From Myxococcales bacterium (GTDB lineage Bacteria > Myxococcota_A > Polyangia > Nannocystales > Nannocystaceae), in contig JACKDW010000001.1 of the NCBI GenBank assembly GCA_020633295.1, positions 1,277,828 through 1,341,827 of the forward strand: DNA of 64,000 bases. Direction: 5' to 3'. Positions within the stretch are counted from its first letter, which is position 1; every line of letters starts with the position of its first letter. Positions 45,574 through 56,800 of this stretch are shown here, piece after piece. The translations under genes and the position numbers were made by a program. Under the pieces are notes generated by a model. The model saw only the letters and a list, made by a program, of their open reading frames with translations. It was not told where the DNA came from and did not search any database.

Positions 45574-47697
45574 TCAGCGCGTGACTCGGAGCGCGCCCGC
45601 GTCGGTCGACGCGGGCGCCGGGTCCAGCAGGTGCACGACGTAGTTGTCGGTCTCGCGCAGCACCGCCTCGGAGACGAGGCGCATGATGTGGAGGTACGTG
45701 AGGTCGACGGCGTCGACGCCGGCGTCGACGCGGCCGCGCGCCGCGTCGGGATCGGCGAGCGGGATCTCGAGCGCGAACTCGGGGCCGCGGTAGCGCGCCA
45801 CGCCGTCGCGGCCGCGCTGGGCGGCCGCGTCGAGCTCGACGATGTAGCCGCGCCCCGAGAACCGACCGTACACGCGCAGCGTCGCGCCCTCGCGCTCGAG
45901 GAAGAACCCGTCGCGCTGCGCGAACAGCTCCCAGTCGCCGCGGCTGCCGAAGAAGCGCGGCTTCATGACGTAGGGGCCGCCGTCCTCGGGGCAGAACACG
46001 TCACAGTTGCCGCACTCGTTGCAGAAGTCGGCGAAGTTGCCGATCTGGTGCTTCTTCTCGAGGGTCAGCGGCGTCGACGCCTCGACCGTCCAGCGCCCGC
46101 CGGGGAGCCGGCGCAGGCGCTCGACGGCGACCTCGCCGCGCGGCAGCACGAAGCGGAAGTTCGCGTCGTTGGGGCACACCGGCAGGCACTTGTCACAGGT
46201 CAAGCAGTCGAACAGCACGAGCGCGCTGCCGACCTTGCGCGGCGGCTTGGCGTTGCGCGCCTGCCCGTAGCGCGGGTCGTCGGTCACGCGCGCGACGTAG
46301 GTCTCGGTGTTGAGGCGCTGGGCCTGCTCGACCCACGCGCGCCACTGCGCCTCGCTGAGCCGCGCGCGCGCGTCGTCGCCGGCCGTGAGCGACGCGAGCG
46401 CGGCCGCGCGGCGGTCGTCGTCGAGGCCCTCGACGCGCCCGAGCGCGGTCTCGTGGTGCCCGTAGGCGAGCAGCGCGAAGCCCTCGAGGTCACGCGCGCC
46501 CACGGCCTCCATGCGCGCGTCGAGCTCCTTGAAGTAGGTGTGCCCGCGACCGTAGCCGCCGGGCTTGAGGAAGTCGCTGCACACGGTGATCGGCGTGAGC
46601 CCGAGCGCCACCGCGTCGGCGAAGTTCTGGCGGTCGACGCCGGCCGAGTACGAGATCGGGTAGCGCGCGCCGAAGCGCGCGCGGAACCTGCCGACCAGGT
46701 TCATCGCGATCACGTGCAGCGGCGGGCCCGAGAGGTACATCTCGCGCTCGCCCTTCGGGAAGAAGTCGCGGTGGTTCTCGCAGATCAGCGTGTTCGAGAA
46801 CTTGACGCCGAAGCCGAGCCCGCGCCGCTGCGCCCGCGCCCCCAGGCGCTCGACGAACGAGACCGCCTGATCCCACTTCGTGTCGCGCTCGAAGGCGGCG
46901 TCGGGGACGCGCACGTCGCGGTAGCCGAGGCGCTCGTTGAGCAGGGAGCGCACGCCCTCGGGGCCCAGGAGCGTCGGGTTGAGCTTGACGACGCAGTGCA
47001 GGCCGACGTGATCGAGGAGGTAGCAGATGATGCTCTCGATCTCGTCGGGCGGGCAGCCGTGGAAGGTGCTCAGCGTCAGCGTGTTGCTGATCCGGCGCTG
47101 GAAGTCGAGCTCGCGGAAGCGCGCGAGCTCGTCGGGGATCTGCGCGCGCAGCTGCTCGATGACCGGCGTCGCGTCCAGCATCCCGCGGATGAACTCCTGC
47201 ACGCGGTCGCTCTGGATGCCCTTGAGGTCATATCCGACGCTCATGTCGTAGAGCACCCGGCCGAAGCCCGGCGCGACCTTCAGCGCGCCGGAGGCCGCGA
47301 GGATCTCGACGAGCATCGCGCCCTTGACGTACTCGACGAGCGACTCGCCGAGCCGCAGCTCCTGGGACCACTCGACGTTGTAGCCGACCGTCTGCATGTC
47401 GATGCACGGCCGCGGGATCGTCAGCGTGTCGTTGATCTGGACGGTCTTGAGCTCGATGATCCGGCTCCCGCTGAGCCACGCGAGCACCACGTTCTGGGCC
47501 ATCTGGCTGTGCGGGCCGGCGGCGGGCCCCAGCGGCGTCGCGGCCTCGAGCCCGTGAAAGCGCACGCTGAGGTCGCGCCCGCCTGGGTCGAGCACGAACT
47601 TGCGCGACGGCAGATCGAAGATCGAGCCGCTCGCGGAGAGCTCGGCGAACATGCGCCGGATCAGCGCGGGAAAGGGGTACGGGCGCAGCTCGGCCAT
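45574..47697 (-). CDS. Dihydroorotate/dihydropyrimidine-dehydrogenase-like TIM-barrel flavoprotein with a C-terminal 2x[4Fe-4S] ferredoxin domain
   Basis: DHOD-family barrel (…VKLNPT…ISYSAGVDRQNFADAVALGLTPITVCSDFLKPGGYG) plus CLTCDKCLPVCP and CNECGNCDVFCP cluster motifs. Confidence 0.6.
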   Translation of the reverse strand: MAELRPYPFPALIRRMFAELSASGSIFDLPSRKFVLDPGGRDLSVRFHGLEAATPLGPAAGPHSQMAQNVVLAWLSGSRIIELKTVQINDTLTIPRPCIDMQTVGYNVEWSQELRLGESLVEYVKGAMLVEILAASGALKVAPGFGRVLYDMSVGYDLKGIQSDRVQEFIRGMLDATPVIEQLRAQIPDELARFRELDFQRRISNTLTLSTFHGCPPDEIESIICYLLDHVGLHCVVKLNPTLLGPEGVRSLLNERLGYRDVRVPDAAFERDTKWDQAVSFVERLGARAQRRGLGFGVKFSNTLICENHRDFFPKGEREMYLSGPPLHVIAMNLVGRFRARFGARYPISYSAGVDRQNFADAVALGLTPITVCSDFLKPGGYGRGHTYFKELDARMEAVGARDLEGFALLAYGHHETALGRVEGLDDDRRAAALASLTAGDDARARLSEAQWRAWVEQAQRLNTETYVARVTDDPRYGQARNAKPPRKVGSALVLFDCLTCDKCLPVCPNDANFRFVLPRGEVAVERLRRLPGGRWTVEASTPLTLEKKHQIGNFADFCNECGNCDVFCPEDGGPYVMKPRFFGSRGDWELFAQRDGFFLEREGATLRVYGRFSGRGYIVELDAAAQRGRDGVARYRGPEFALEIPLADPDAARGRVDAGVDAVDLTYLHIMRLVSEAVLRETDNYVVHLLDPAPASTDAGALRVTR

Positions 47698-47889
47698 CGG
47701 GGACGCTCCATCGTCGCGGCGGGGGGTAGAGGCACGAAGTAGCGCAGACTACCGAATCGCGCGATCGCTCGACAATGAGATTGCGCGCTCGCGCCCACCC
47801 TCGTCGCACGGCCGCGAAACACAGTTCAACCGCGTCGTCACCGGTGATTTCGCGCGTCGCCGAGGCCCCCGCGAAGTACGATGCGCGCG

Positions 47890-48342
47890 ATGAAGACGGT
47901 GATTCAGCGAGTGTCCCGCGCCGAGGTCCGCGTCGACGGAGCGCGCGTGGGCGCCGTGGGCCGCGGCGTGCTCGCGCTGACGGCGGTCGAGCGCGGCGAC
48001 GCCCTCGCGGACGTGCAGGCGACGGCGCGCAAGCTCGCCGGGCTGCGGATCTTCCCCGGGCGCACGCCGATGGACGAGACGCTGCTCGACATCGGCGGCG
48101 GCGTGCTGCTGATCTCGCAATTCACGATCGCGGGCGACCTGCGCAAGGGTCGGCGCCCGAGCTTCAACGCGGCCGAGGATCCCGCGCGCGCCCGTGAGCT
48201 CTACGAGGCGCTGGCGACCGCGCTGCGCGGCGAAGGCCTGACTGTTGAGACAGGCGTCTTCGCCGCCCACATGCAGGTCGAGCTCGTCAACGACGGGCCG
48301 GTGACGCTGATCCTCGAGGTCCGCGGCGGCAAGGTCTGCTGA
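47890..48342 (+). CDS. dtd: D-aminoacyl-tRNA deacylase
   Basis: MKTVIQRVSRAEV…LLISQFTIAGDLRKGRRPSF…LVNDGPVTL match the Dtd family end to end. Confidence 0.9.
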   Translation: MKTVIQRVSRAEVRVDGARVGAVGRGVLALTAVERGDALADVQATARKLAGLRIFPGRTPMDETLLDIGGGVLLISQFTIAGDLRKGRRPSFNAAEDPARARELYEALATALRGEGLTVETGVFAAHMQVELVNDGPVTLILEVRGGKVC

Positions 48343-48348
48343 GCCGCG

Positions 48349-49743
48349 TCACAGCCCGCTGATCACCTCGCCGAGCATCTTCGTGAACGCGCCGTCGTAG
48401 CTCGCCAGGCAGATCGAGTCGAGCTGCGGGCCGCCGACGGCGTCGTGGAGCTCGCGGATGCGCACCGGCGGGAGCCCGCGACCGCCCAGGCCGTCGACGC
48501 AGCCCGGGCCGATGCCGAAGCTGATCTGCTGCGCGGGGTCCGGGTCGTCGAGGTACGCGATCTCGGACTGCCCGTCCGCGTAGCCCTCGGGCACGCCCGC
48601 GAGCGCGGTGAAGTGCACGCTGGCGCCGTACTGCTGCTTGTCGCCGATGATCGTCTGGAGCTGCTCGCTGTAGCGATCGAGGTGATGCAGCACCGAGAGG
48701 GCCGGTCCCGCGCCGACGTCGCCGAACAGGTCGCGGTTGACCGCGTAGCAGCTGGTGTAGGGGCCCGGCTCGTCGCCGTCGCACTGCACGCCGGCGTTCC
48801 AGCACACCGCGCTGGTCGCGGACGAGGCGCCCGGCTCCCAGGACCAGTTGGGATCAGGGTCGACGAAGATGCTGTCTTGGTTGGGGACGTACGAGCAGTC
48901 GACCTCGTCGGTGACGAGCACGACGAGCAGGTCCGCCTCGCGCCGCAGGAAGCCGTAGTTCTCCTCGTCGGGGGTCGTCGCGCGCTGCAGCGCCAGGTAG
49001 GCGGCCTCGAGCGGCGCCTCGAAGCCGCAGCCGTTGACGCCCTGCGGCAGGAGGCAGGTGAGCGCCTCGGCCACGGGGATGTCGACGTTGGCGACGCCGT
49101 CGTCCGACTCGATCCAGGCGCGCGGCGCCTCCCCGAGCTCCTCCTGGATCATCGTCGGCGTGACGCCGAGGGAGTCGTGCGCGCACAGGTCCGTGCACGC
49201 CGCCGACTCCTCGATCATCAGCGGCTCCCACGCGAAGTCCTCGATGTGCTCGCGGCAGCTGCGGATGTCGAAGCGCCCCGCGTTCGGGGGCCGCGGGAAG
49301 CTGCCCGGGTTGCAGCGCGGGTTGCCGACGTCGGTCGTCGTGACCGCGATCCGGTAGCGGAGCTCGGCGCCCTCGAGCGCGGCGATGATCGCCGGGGCGC
49401 TCGCGGCCAGCCGAGACTGCGCGGCGCCCATGGTGCCGCTGTTGTCGATCACGAACAGGATGTCGAGCGCGCTGCCGCTCGGCAGCGGCCCCGTGTCGGT
49501 CTCGGTGGTGACGTCGGCGTGGCTCGTCGAGCCGTCGCTGGGGTCCCCGGTGCCGCCCGTGGGCTCGCTGTCGCTGCTGGACGTCGGCCCCGCGCTCGTG
49601 GCCTCGCCGGTCGTCTCGGTCGCGCTCTCGGCCTCGGTGTCGCTCTCGCCCGGGGTCGAGGGCTTACACGCGACGCCGATCGCGATGAGCGGGATGAGCG
49701 GGATGAGCAGCAGCGCGAGCAGCGGTGAGTCCAGGCGAGTCAT
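48349..49743 (-). CDS. von Willebrand factor A-domain lipoprotein
   Basis: Lipobox IAIGVAC. MIDAS-type LDILFVIDNSGTMG. Cys-rich C-terminal domain. Confidence 0.7.
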   Translation of the reverse strand: MTRLDSPLLALLLIPLIPLIAIGVACKPSTPGESDTEAESATETTGEATSAGPTSSSDSEPTGGTGDPSDGSTSHADVTTETDTGPLPSGSALDILFVIDNSGTMGAAQSRLAASAPAIIAALEGAELRYRIAVTTTDVGNPRCNPGSFPRPPNAGRFDIRSCREHIEDFAWEPLMIEESAACTDLCAHDSLGVTPTMIQEELGEAPRAWIESDDGVANVDIPVAEALTCLLPQGVNGCGFEAPLEAAYLALQRATTPDEENYGFLRREADLLVVLVTDEVDCSYVPNQDSIFVDPDPNWSWEPGASSATSAVCWNAGVQCDGDEPGPYTSCYAVNRDLFGDVGAGPALSVLHHLDRYSEQLQTIIGDKQQYGASVHFTALAGVPEGYADGQSEIAYLDDPDPAQQISFGIGPGCVDGLGGRGLPPVRIRELHDAVGGPQLDSICLASYDGAFTKMLGEVISGL

Positions 49744-49872
49744 GGGATCACGGTACCCCATGCGCCGCGCCGCCGATCGCGGGGGCGCGCGCGCTCGTGG
49801 ATTGCACCATCGGCCGCGGGGGCGGGCCGCGTGTGACCGCGCCCCGCCCCCGCGCTCGAGCTCGCGGCGCCC

Positions 49873-50560
49873 TTAGGATCCGAGGTCCTCGAGGAACCCG
49901 CGAGCGTAGCGCTTGTAGCTGGTCCGCGTGCCGCGGACGTGATCGACGACCACGTCGTTGCGGACCTGCACGGTGCGAATCTTGTCGCCCCGCATGCCCG
50001 TGCCGGCGAGTCGCCGGCGCGTGGCCTCGCGCTCGCGTCGGTCCTTCCGCTGCGCCCCTGCGGACAGCTTGGCGCGCAGCAGATCGAGCGCGGCCGCGCG
50101 GTTGAGCGCCTGGCTGCGACCGCCGTCGACGCGCACGGTGATCCCCGAGGGCGCGTGCGTGAGCGCGACCGCGGTCGACGTCTTGTTCCGGTGCTGCCCG
50201 CCCGCGCCGCTGCCCCGAACGAACTTCTCGCTCAGGTCGCGCGGATCGAGCACGAGCTCGCGCGCCTTCGGCTCGTCGAGGACGACGACCGTGACCGTGC
50301 TCGTGTGCACGCGGCCGCGCTTCTCGGTCGGCGGGACGCGCTGCCAGCGATGACCGCCGGACTCGTTGGCGAACAGCTCGCGCGCCCGTCGGCCGCGCGC
50401 CCGGAACGTCAGGATCCCGGGGCGCTGATCGAGCAGCTCGAGGCTAAAGACACTCCCGGGCCGCGAGCTTGCCGTAGATGGCGTACTGCTCGGCGACCAA
50501 GAGCTTCGCGTCCTCACCGCCCTCGGCGGCGCGGATCTCGACGATGATGGATGACTCCAT
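49873..50560 (-). CDS. Domain-1-less class I peptide chain release factor paralog (PrfH/RF-H-like), ORF interrupted by UAG. Expression requires a +1 frameshift at CUU-UAG-C (or the sequence has a 1-nt indel).
   Basis: The ATG at 50560 has an AGGAGAGGA SD. Frame 0 gives MESSIIVEIRAAEGGEDAKLLVAEQYAIYGKLAARECL-stop (TAG = complement of 50444..50446). The +1 frame continues SLELLDQRP…ESGGHRWQRVPPTEKRGRVHTST…RGSGAGGQHRNKTSTAVALTHAPSGITV…GTGMRGDKIRTV… (RF domains 2, 3 and 4 with the GGQ motif) to the stop at 49873. Confidence 0.75.
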
Positions 50561-50870
50561 GATGACGACTTCCTCTCCTGTGCGTCGGATATGCCCCTTA
50601 GGGCATGTCCTATGTTCTCTGGCGTGACGTTGACGACGACGACGCGCGCGCGTCCACGAGCGGCGGGGACCCCCGCGCTCGCCCGCGCGCGCGCGCACTC
50701 AACGGTGCCAGGCCGGCAGGCGACCGCTGCGAGCGGAGCTGTCCTTTTGGACCAGTCGCTGAAGCTGGGCGCGCGCCATGACGAGCGACAGTCTACACGC
50801 GGCGAGACGCGGCGCAAGCCCGAACGCGCGGCGCCCGAACGCGGGCCGTCGCCGGGGGCCCCTCGCCTCG

Positions 50871-53800
50871 CTACGCGAGCATGCCGGAGCGCCGCCGCAG
50901 CTCGATCGCCGGATCGCTGCACCAGTAGCGCATGAGGTCGGCGATCAGCTCCGAGTTGTTCACGATGTCCGCGCCCTCGAGGTACATCAGCGACTGATCC
51001 TCCTGGCGCATCACCGCGACGCAGCCGGGCAGATCCGACGCGAGGATCGCGGCCGCGCGCGTCGTCATCACGCGGTGCTCCTTGAGCCACGCGACGAAGT
51101 CGACCGCGGGTGACTTCGCGTAGGTGCTCGAGGCCTCCTCGAGCAGGCGCCGATCCTTGCGCGGCATGGCGCGGAAGATCCGGCGCTGCAGGACGTCGAG
51201 CTCGGCGCCGTCGGCCAGGTTGTCGCCGAAGCTGGGCGCGCCCGAGCGCGCCGCGGCGGCGAGGATCAGCTTGAGGTCGAGCGGCTTGAAGCGGTACAGC
51301 CCGATCAGCCCGCGCGCGACCGAGACCATCGCGCGCGCGATCGTGAACACCTGCTGCGACTCGCTGAGCTTGAGCACCGTCGCCGGGATCAGGATCGTCG
51401 GCAGGTAGCTGTAGTCGGCCGAGACCAGCGTGCCCGCGCCCCGGTAGATGAACAGGTCGTGGTCGGGCACGCCGAAGATCGCCGCGATGCGGTCGGTCAG
51501 GTTGCGGATCGGTTGGCCCGAGCGCGCCGAGATCTTCTCGCGCGCGGTGACGCCGAACTTCTGCAGGTCGACGGGGTAGAGCTTGCCGAGCGCCGGCGCC
51601 ATGGTCCGCAGCAGCTCCTCCGCGCGCTCGGCCTGCGGCGCGCGGTCGACGAGCGACTGCAGCAGCGACGCCGTCAGCGTGCCCGGCTTCGCCGACGCGG
51701 GCGCGGGCGCGAGCTTGCCGAGCGAGCGCACGTCGGCGTCGCTCGCGTCGCCGAGCACCACCAGCGGCGCGAGCGAGAGCGCCGCCTCGCCGCCGCGCTT
51801 GGTCTCGACGAAGGACTGCACGAGCCCGCGCCACCCCTTCGTGCTCGTCGGCTCGAACTGCAGCAGCTTCTGGTAGGCGCGGATCGCCTCGCTGTGGCGC
51901 GACGCCGCGCGCAGCATCGTCGCGTACTCGAGCCGCACGAGCGGCTCCTTGGGCATCTCGTTGAGCGCCATCTCGAGGGTCGCGAGCGAGCGATCGGGGC
52001 GCTGGAGCTTCTCGTACTGGACGCGCGCGAGCTCGAGATAGGTCTCGGCGAGCGGCTTGCCGGAGGAGCCGCTGCGCAGGTGCTTCATCAGCGCGGACTC
52101 GTAGGGCTCCCAGCTGTCGCCCTCCTCGAGCCGGCGCTTGTACTCCCGCGCCGCGAGCCCGCCGGGCCCCTCGAGCTGGACCGCGCTGAGCAGCACCTCG
52201 AGCGCCTCGCCTCGGCGCCCGGCGTTCATCTGGATCTCCGCGAGGTGGATGATCGACTCGATGCGCTCCTCGAGCGTCGACGAGGCGCGCAGCAGCTGGC
52301 GCGCGCGCTCGGCCGCGCCCTGCAGGTCGCCCTTGCGCGTGTACACGTCGGTCAGCATGCGCAGCGTCGTGCGGTCGTCCTTGCGCAGCACGAGGACCGC
52401 CTCGAGGCACTGGATCGCGCGGTCGTACTGGTTGAGCTGATCGGCGTAGATGACCGACAGCGTCGAGTTCGCGTCGCACAGGATGTCGATGTCAGACGAC
52501 TGCTCGATGACCTGCTCGAAGGTCTTGGCCGCGTCGCCCCACTGCTCGTTGCGGTGCAGCAGGTTGGCGAGCAGCATCCGCATCGACGCGCTGCCCGGGC
52601 GGTCGCGCAGCGTCCGGCGCAGGATCGCGATGCCGCCCGAGGTGTTGCCCAGCTCGTCCGCGTACAGCTCGGCGACCGCGAGCCACAGCCGCGCGATCCG
52701 TTCAGGCGCGCGCGCCGACTCGGCCGCGGCCGAGAGGCGCTCGACGAGGCGCTCGGCCTTGCCGACCGTGAGCAGGATCCGGTGCAGCTCCTCGGCGACC
52801 TCGGCGGAGTCCGGCCAGCGCTCGAGCGCGCGCTCGAGGTCCTGGATCGCGCCCTCGGAGTCGTCGAGGCGGTTGAGCCGCAGCTGCGCGGTCTCGTGCA
52901 GCAGCTTCGCGGCCGTCTCGCCGTCGCGCTCGGTCTCCGCGAGGCGGCTCTTGGCCACGACCATCGCGCGCGGGTCGTCGCACATCGCGGCCGCGCGGAC
53001 CATGCCCTGCATCGCGCCGATCGAGTCGTTGTCGCGATCGAGCGCGGACTCGAAGGCCGCGAGCGCCTCCTTTGGGAGCTGCTGGCGCTCGAGCGTCTCG
53101 CCGAGGCGCACGAGGTAGGTCGCGCGCAGCGAGTCGTCCTCGGGGGCGCCGACCAGCTGCTGGTCGACCGCCGCGAGCATCTGATCGTCGCGCTGCGCGA
53201 GCGCCATCTGCTCGACCGCCAGCAGCGCGAGCGGATCGTCGGGGACGCGCTTGAGGATCTCGAGGTGCGCGCGGCGCAGCCCCTTCTTGTCGCCGAGCGG
53301 CTTGGTCTCGTAGAGCCGCGCGACCTCTCGCAGCGCCGCGACCTGAGCCGCCTTGTCGCCGACGACGACCGCCTCGCGCAGGTAGGTGTCGACGAGCGCG
53401 TTCCAGGCCCCCTTGCGCCGGTAGAGCTGCTCGAGCGAGAGCAGCGCCGCGAGGTGCCGCTCGTCGCGCTCGAGCACCGCCTCGTAGCAGGCGATCGCGC
53501 GGTCGTCCTGGCCGAGGTGCTCGCTCCAGACCTCGCCGGCGCGCAGCAGCGCCGAGCTCGCGACCAGCGGCTCCTTCGTCGCCTTGGCCTCGCGCATGAG
53601 GTCCTCGACGACGCCGCTCCACTTCTTCTCCTTCGCGCGCACGCGCGCGAGCCCGTCGACCGCGGGCCGGTACTCGAGATCGTTCGAGAGCGACTTCTGG
53701 TAGGCGTCGAGCGCGAGCTTGAGGTCGCTGAGGTGCTCCTCGTAGACGCGCCCGATCCGGTACGCCGTGAGCGCGCGCGCCGGCTTGTCGCGCAGGCCCT

Positions 53801-56800
53801 CGAGCTCGGTCTCGAGCGCGTCGACGAGCTCCTTCCAGTCGCCGCGCTGCCGGAGCTTGCGCTGCAGCGCGTGCAGCGAGGGGCCGTGGCGCGGGTCGAT
53901 CTGGATCGCGCGCCGGTAGCAGCCGATCGCCTGCGAGTCGCGCCCGAGCTTCTCCTCGCACAGCGCGCCCATCGAGTGCAGCAGCGAGACGGCCGCGGGG
54001 CTCTCGGCGTCGAGCGCGAGCTCGCGCTCGTAGATCGCGAGCAGATCATCCCAGCGACCTGCCTTGTAGTACAGCTTGCCGCAGCTCGCGAGCGCGGGCT
54101 CGTACTTCGGGTTCAGCTCGAGCACCTTGCGGAACTGCGCCAGCGCGCCCTCGCGGTCGTCGAGCCGGTCGTCGAGCACCGCGCCGGCGCGGTGCAGCAG
54201 CGCGACGATGCGCGGCTTCTCGAAGGTGTTGCGCGCCTCGAGCTCGAGCGCCTCGACGAGGTCCTTGTAGCGGCCCGCGACCTCGGAGGCGCGCTGCAGC
54301 GCGTGCATCGCCCCGAGGTGGTTGGGGTCGAGCTTCAGGATCCGCCGGTAGGTGTGCCCCGACTGCACCGGCGAGCCGAGGTGCTGCTCGAAGATGTCGC
54401 CGATGCGGAACAGGTACGCGATCTTGCGGTCGGCGTCGTTGGTCTCGTCGATGCCGCGCTCGAGCAGCTCGATCAGCTCGCGGTGCTTGCCGCCCTCGCT
54501 GAACAGCCGCGCGAGCGCCTTGAACGACGTCTCGAAGCCCGCGTAGAGCGCGAGCGCGCGGGTGTGCAGCGTGATCGCGCGCTCCTTGTCGCCCTCGTGC
54601 TCCTCGACGAGCTCGGCGACCCGCGCGAGCGCGGCCGCCTCGCGCACGTTGTCGCTGACCGCCGCGGCCTCGCGCGTGTTCATCTCGACGAGCGCCTTCC
54701 AGTCCTTGCGCTTGCGGTACAGCGTCGTGAGGATCTTGAGCGTCGGCTGGAAGGTCGGCTCGAGCGCGAGCGCGGCCTCGTACTTGGCGATCGCGGCGTC
54801 CTCGTCGTTGATCCGCCCGCGGTAGAGCTCGCCGAGGGTGTACAGCGTCGAGATCCGCTCGCGCGGCGACTCGATCAGCGCGAGCAGCCGCTCGTACGCG
54901 CGCACCTGATCGTCGTAGCGCTCCGCGGCCTCGTAGAGCGCGATGAGCTCCTCGTGCACCAGGCGGTAGCGCTGCGACTCGCTGATCGAGCGCTCGAGCG
55001 CCGCGATCGCCTTGTCGCGGGTGCCGAGCCGCTCCGAGTAGATCCGCGCGACGCGGTAGTAGCTCATCGCGCGCAGGTCCGCGTCCTTGAGCTGCTCGGC
55101 CTCGCGCTCGAGCACGTTGATCAGGTCGCGCCAGCGACCTTGCTCATGGTGCAGGCGCTTGAGCGCCGAGAACGCGCCGGCGACGTTGGGGTCGAGGTGC
55201 AGCGCGGTCTCGTAGAGCTCGACCGCGCCGCGCACGTCGTCGTGCCGCAGCTCGAGCAGGTGCGCGCGCCGGACGATCAGCGCGGCCCGGTGGCGCGCGT
55301 CTGTCTCGACCGCGGTCGCCAGCTGCGTGTAGGTCTGGTCGAGCCCGGCCCAGCGCTCGGTGGTCTGATCGAATTGCTCGAGCGCCTTGAGCGTGGACGG
55401 GTTGCCGCCCTCGAGATCGCGCGCGTCGGCGTAGGCCGCCCGCGCCCGCTTCGGATCGTCGAGGTAGTCCTCGAGCACGCGGCCCTTGGCGAACATCAGC
55501 GCCGCCTTGCGCCGCGAGTCCGACTGCAGCCGGATCTCGGCGTCGAACAGCGGCAGCGCCTTCGCGTACTGACGCTGGGCGAGCAGCGTTCGCCGGGCGC
55601 CGCGCAGCGTCGGCAGGTGATCCGGCGCGAGCCCGTTCCCCTTCATGTAGGCGTCCACGGCGCGGGCGAGGTCGCCGATCGGGTGCTCGTAGAGGCGACC
55701 GCACTCGAAGTGCAGCCGCGCCGCGCGGAACAGATCGGGCTGCAGCTTCAGCTCGCGCTCGTAGCCGGCGATCAGCGCGTGCGCGTGACGAACGTAGGGG
55801 TCGCTCGCCGTCGACGCGGTCGAGCGCGCGGACTCGTCGGTCGCGGGCGGAGACTTCGCCGTGAGCGACGGCGGCGGCAGCGGTCCAGGGGCAGGCTGCG
55901 GCGCCGATCGACGCGCGGCCACGCTGGGCCCTGACGGCGGCGGTTTACGGGCGCTCGGCGTGCTGATCGGGCGCGACCGCGGTCGCGGCGCGCTCGGCTC
56001 GCGCGTCCGCGGCACGACCGGGTGCGAACCCGAGGCCAAGCTCGCGCTGACGGAGATCGACGGCGACGGCGGCGGTGGTCGACGCGCGCCGGAGCCCTCG
56101 GACGACAGCTCGCCCGAGATGCTCCCCGAGATGCTCAGCGAAGGACGTCGCCGGCGACCGCTCGCCGACGCGTCGCTGTCATCGCTCGACGGCGGCGGCG
56201 GCGGGGCCTTCGGCGTGGGCGCGGGGGGCACGGGCGCGGGGGGTGCCAGGGTGGGCGTCACCGGCGGCGCCGACGGTGGCGCTGACGGTGGCGCTGACGG
56301 TGGCGCTGACGGTGGCGCTGACGGTGGCGCTGACGGTGGCGCTGTAAGTACCGCTGTCGGTGCCGCTGTCGGTGGAGCCGGCGGCGTCGCGGGCAGCGTC
56401 ACCGGCGGGACCGGCATCACGGGCGCGGGGGCGACCGACATCGCGGGCGGCGCGTCGTCGGTCGACGGCGCGGGCGCCGGCGACGGCTCGTCGCCGCCGA
56501 TCGGGAGCTTGAGGCGCGAGCCCGAGGTCGACGCCTGCGCGGGGCCCTTGGCCTCGCTCGCGCCGCCGCGAACCGGCAGCCCGCCGAGCGCCGCGGCCTT
56601 CGAAGGCCCGCTGGGCTTGCGCGTCGGCAGCCCGCCCAGCTTGACGCCAGGCGGCATCTTCCGCACAGGCAGCGCGCCGGCGGAGGGCCCCGAGGGCTTC
56701 TTGCTGCCGCGCGTCGGCAGGCCGAGCGAGAGCTTCGGCGCCGCGCGGCCCGAGCCGCTCTTGCTGCGGGACTTAGCTCGCACTCGCGACTTCGCGACCT

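Noticed and set aside
49873-50698. Canonical full-length prfB or prfA
   Set aside because: The upstream in-frame extension (50561..50698) is Arg-rich junk with no RF domain 1, and the stop codon is UAG rather than the UGA used by prfB. The gene is a short PrfH-like paralog.
51459-55934. 1491-aa plus-strand ORF antisense to the TPR giant
   Set aside because: Mirror-frame artefact. No motifs. The TPR reading on the minus strand has clear 34-residue periodicity.
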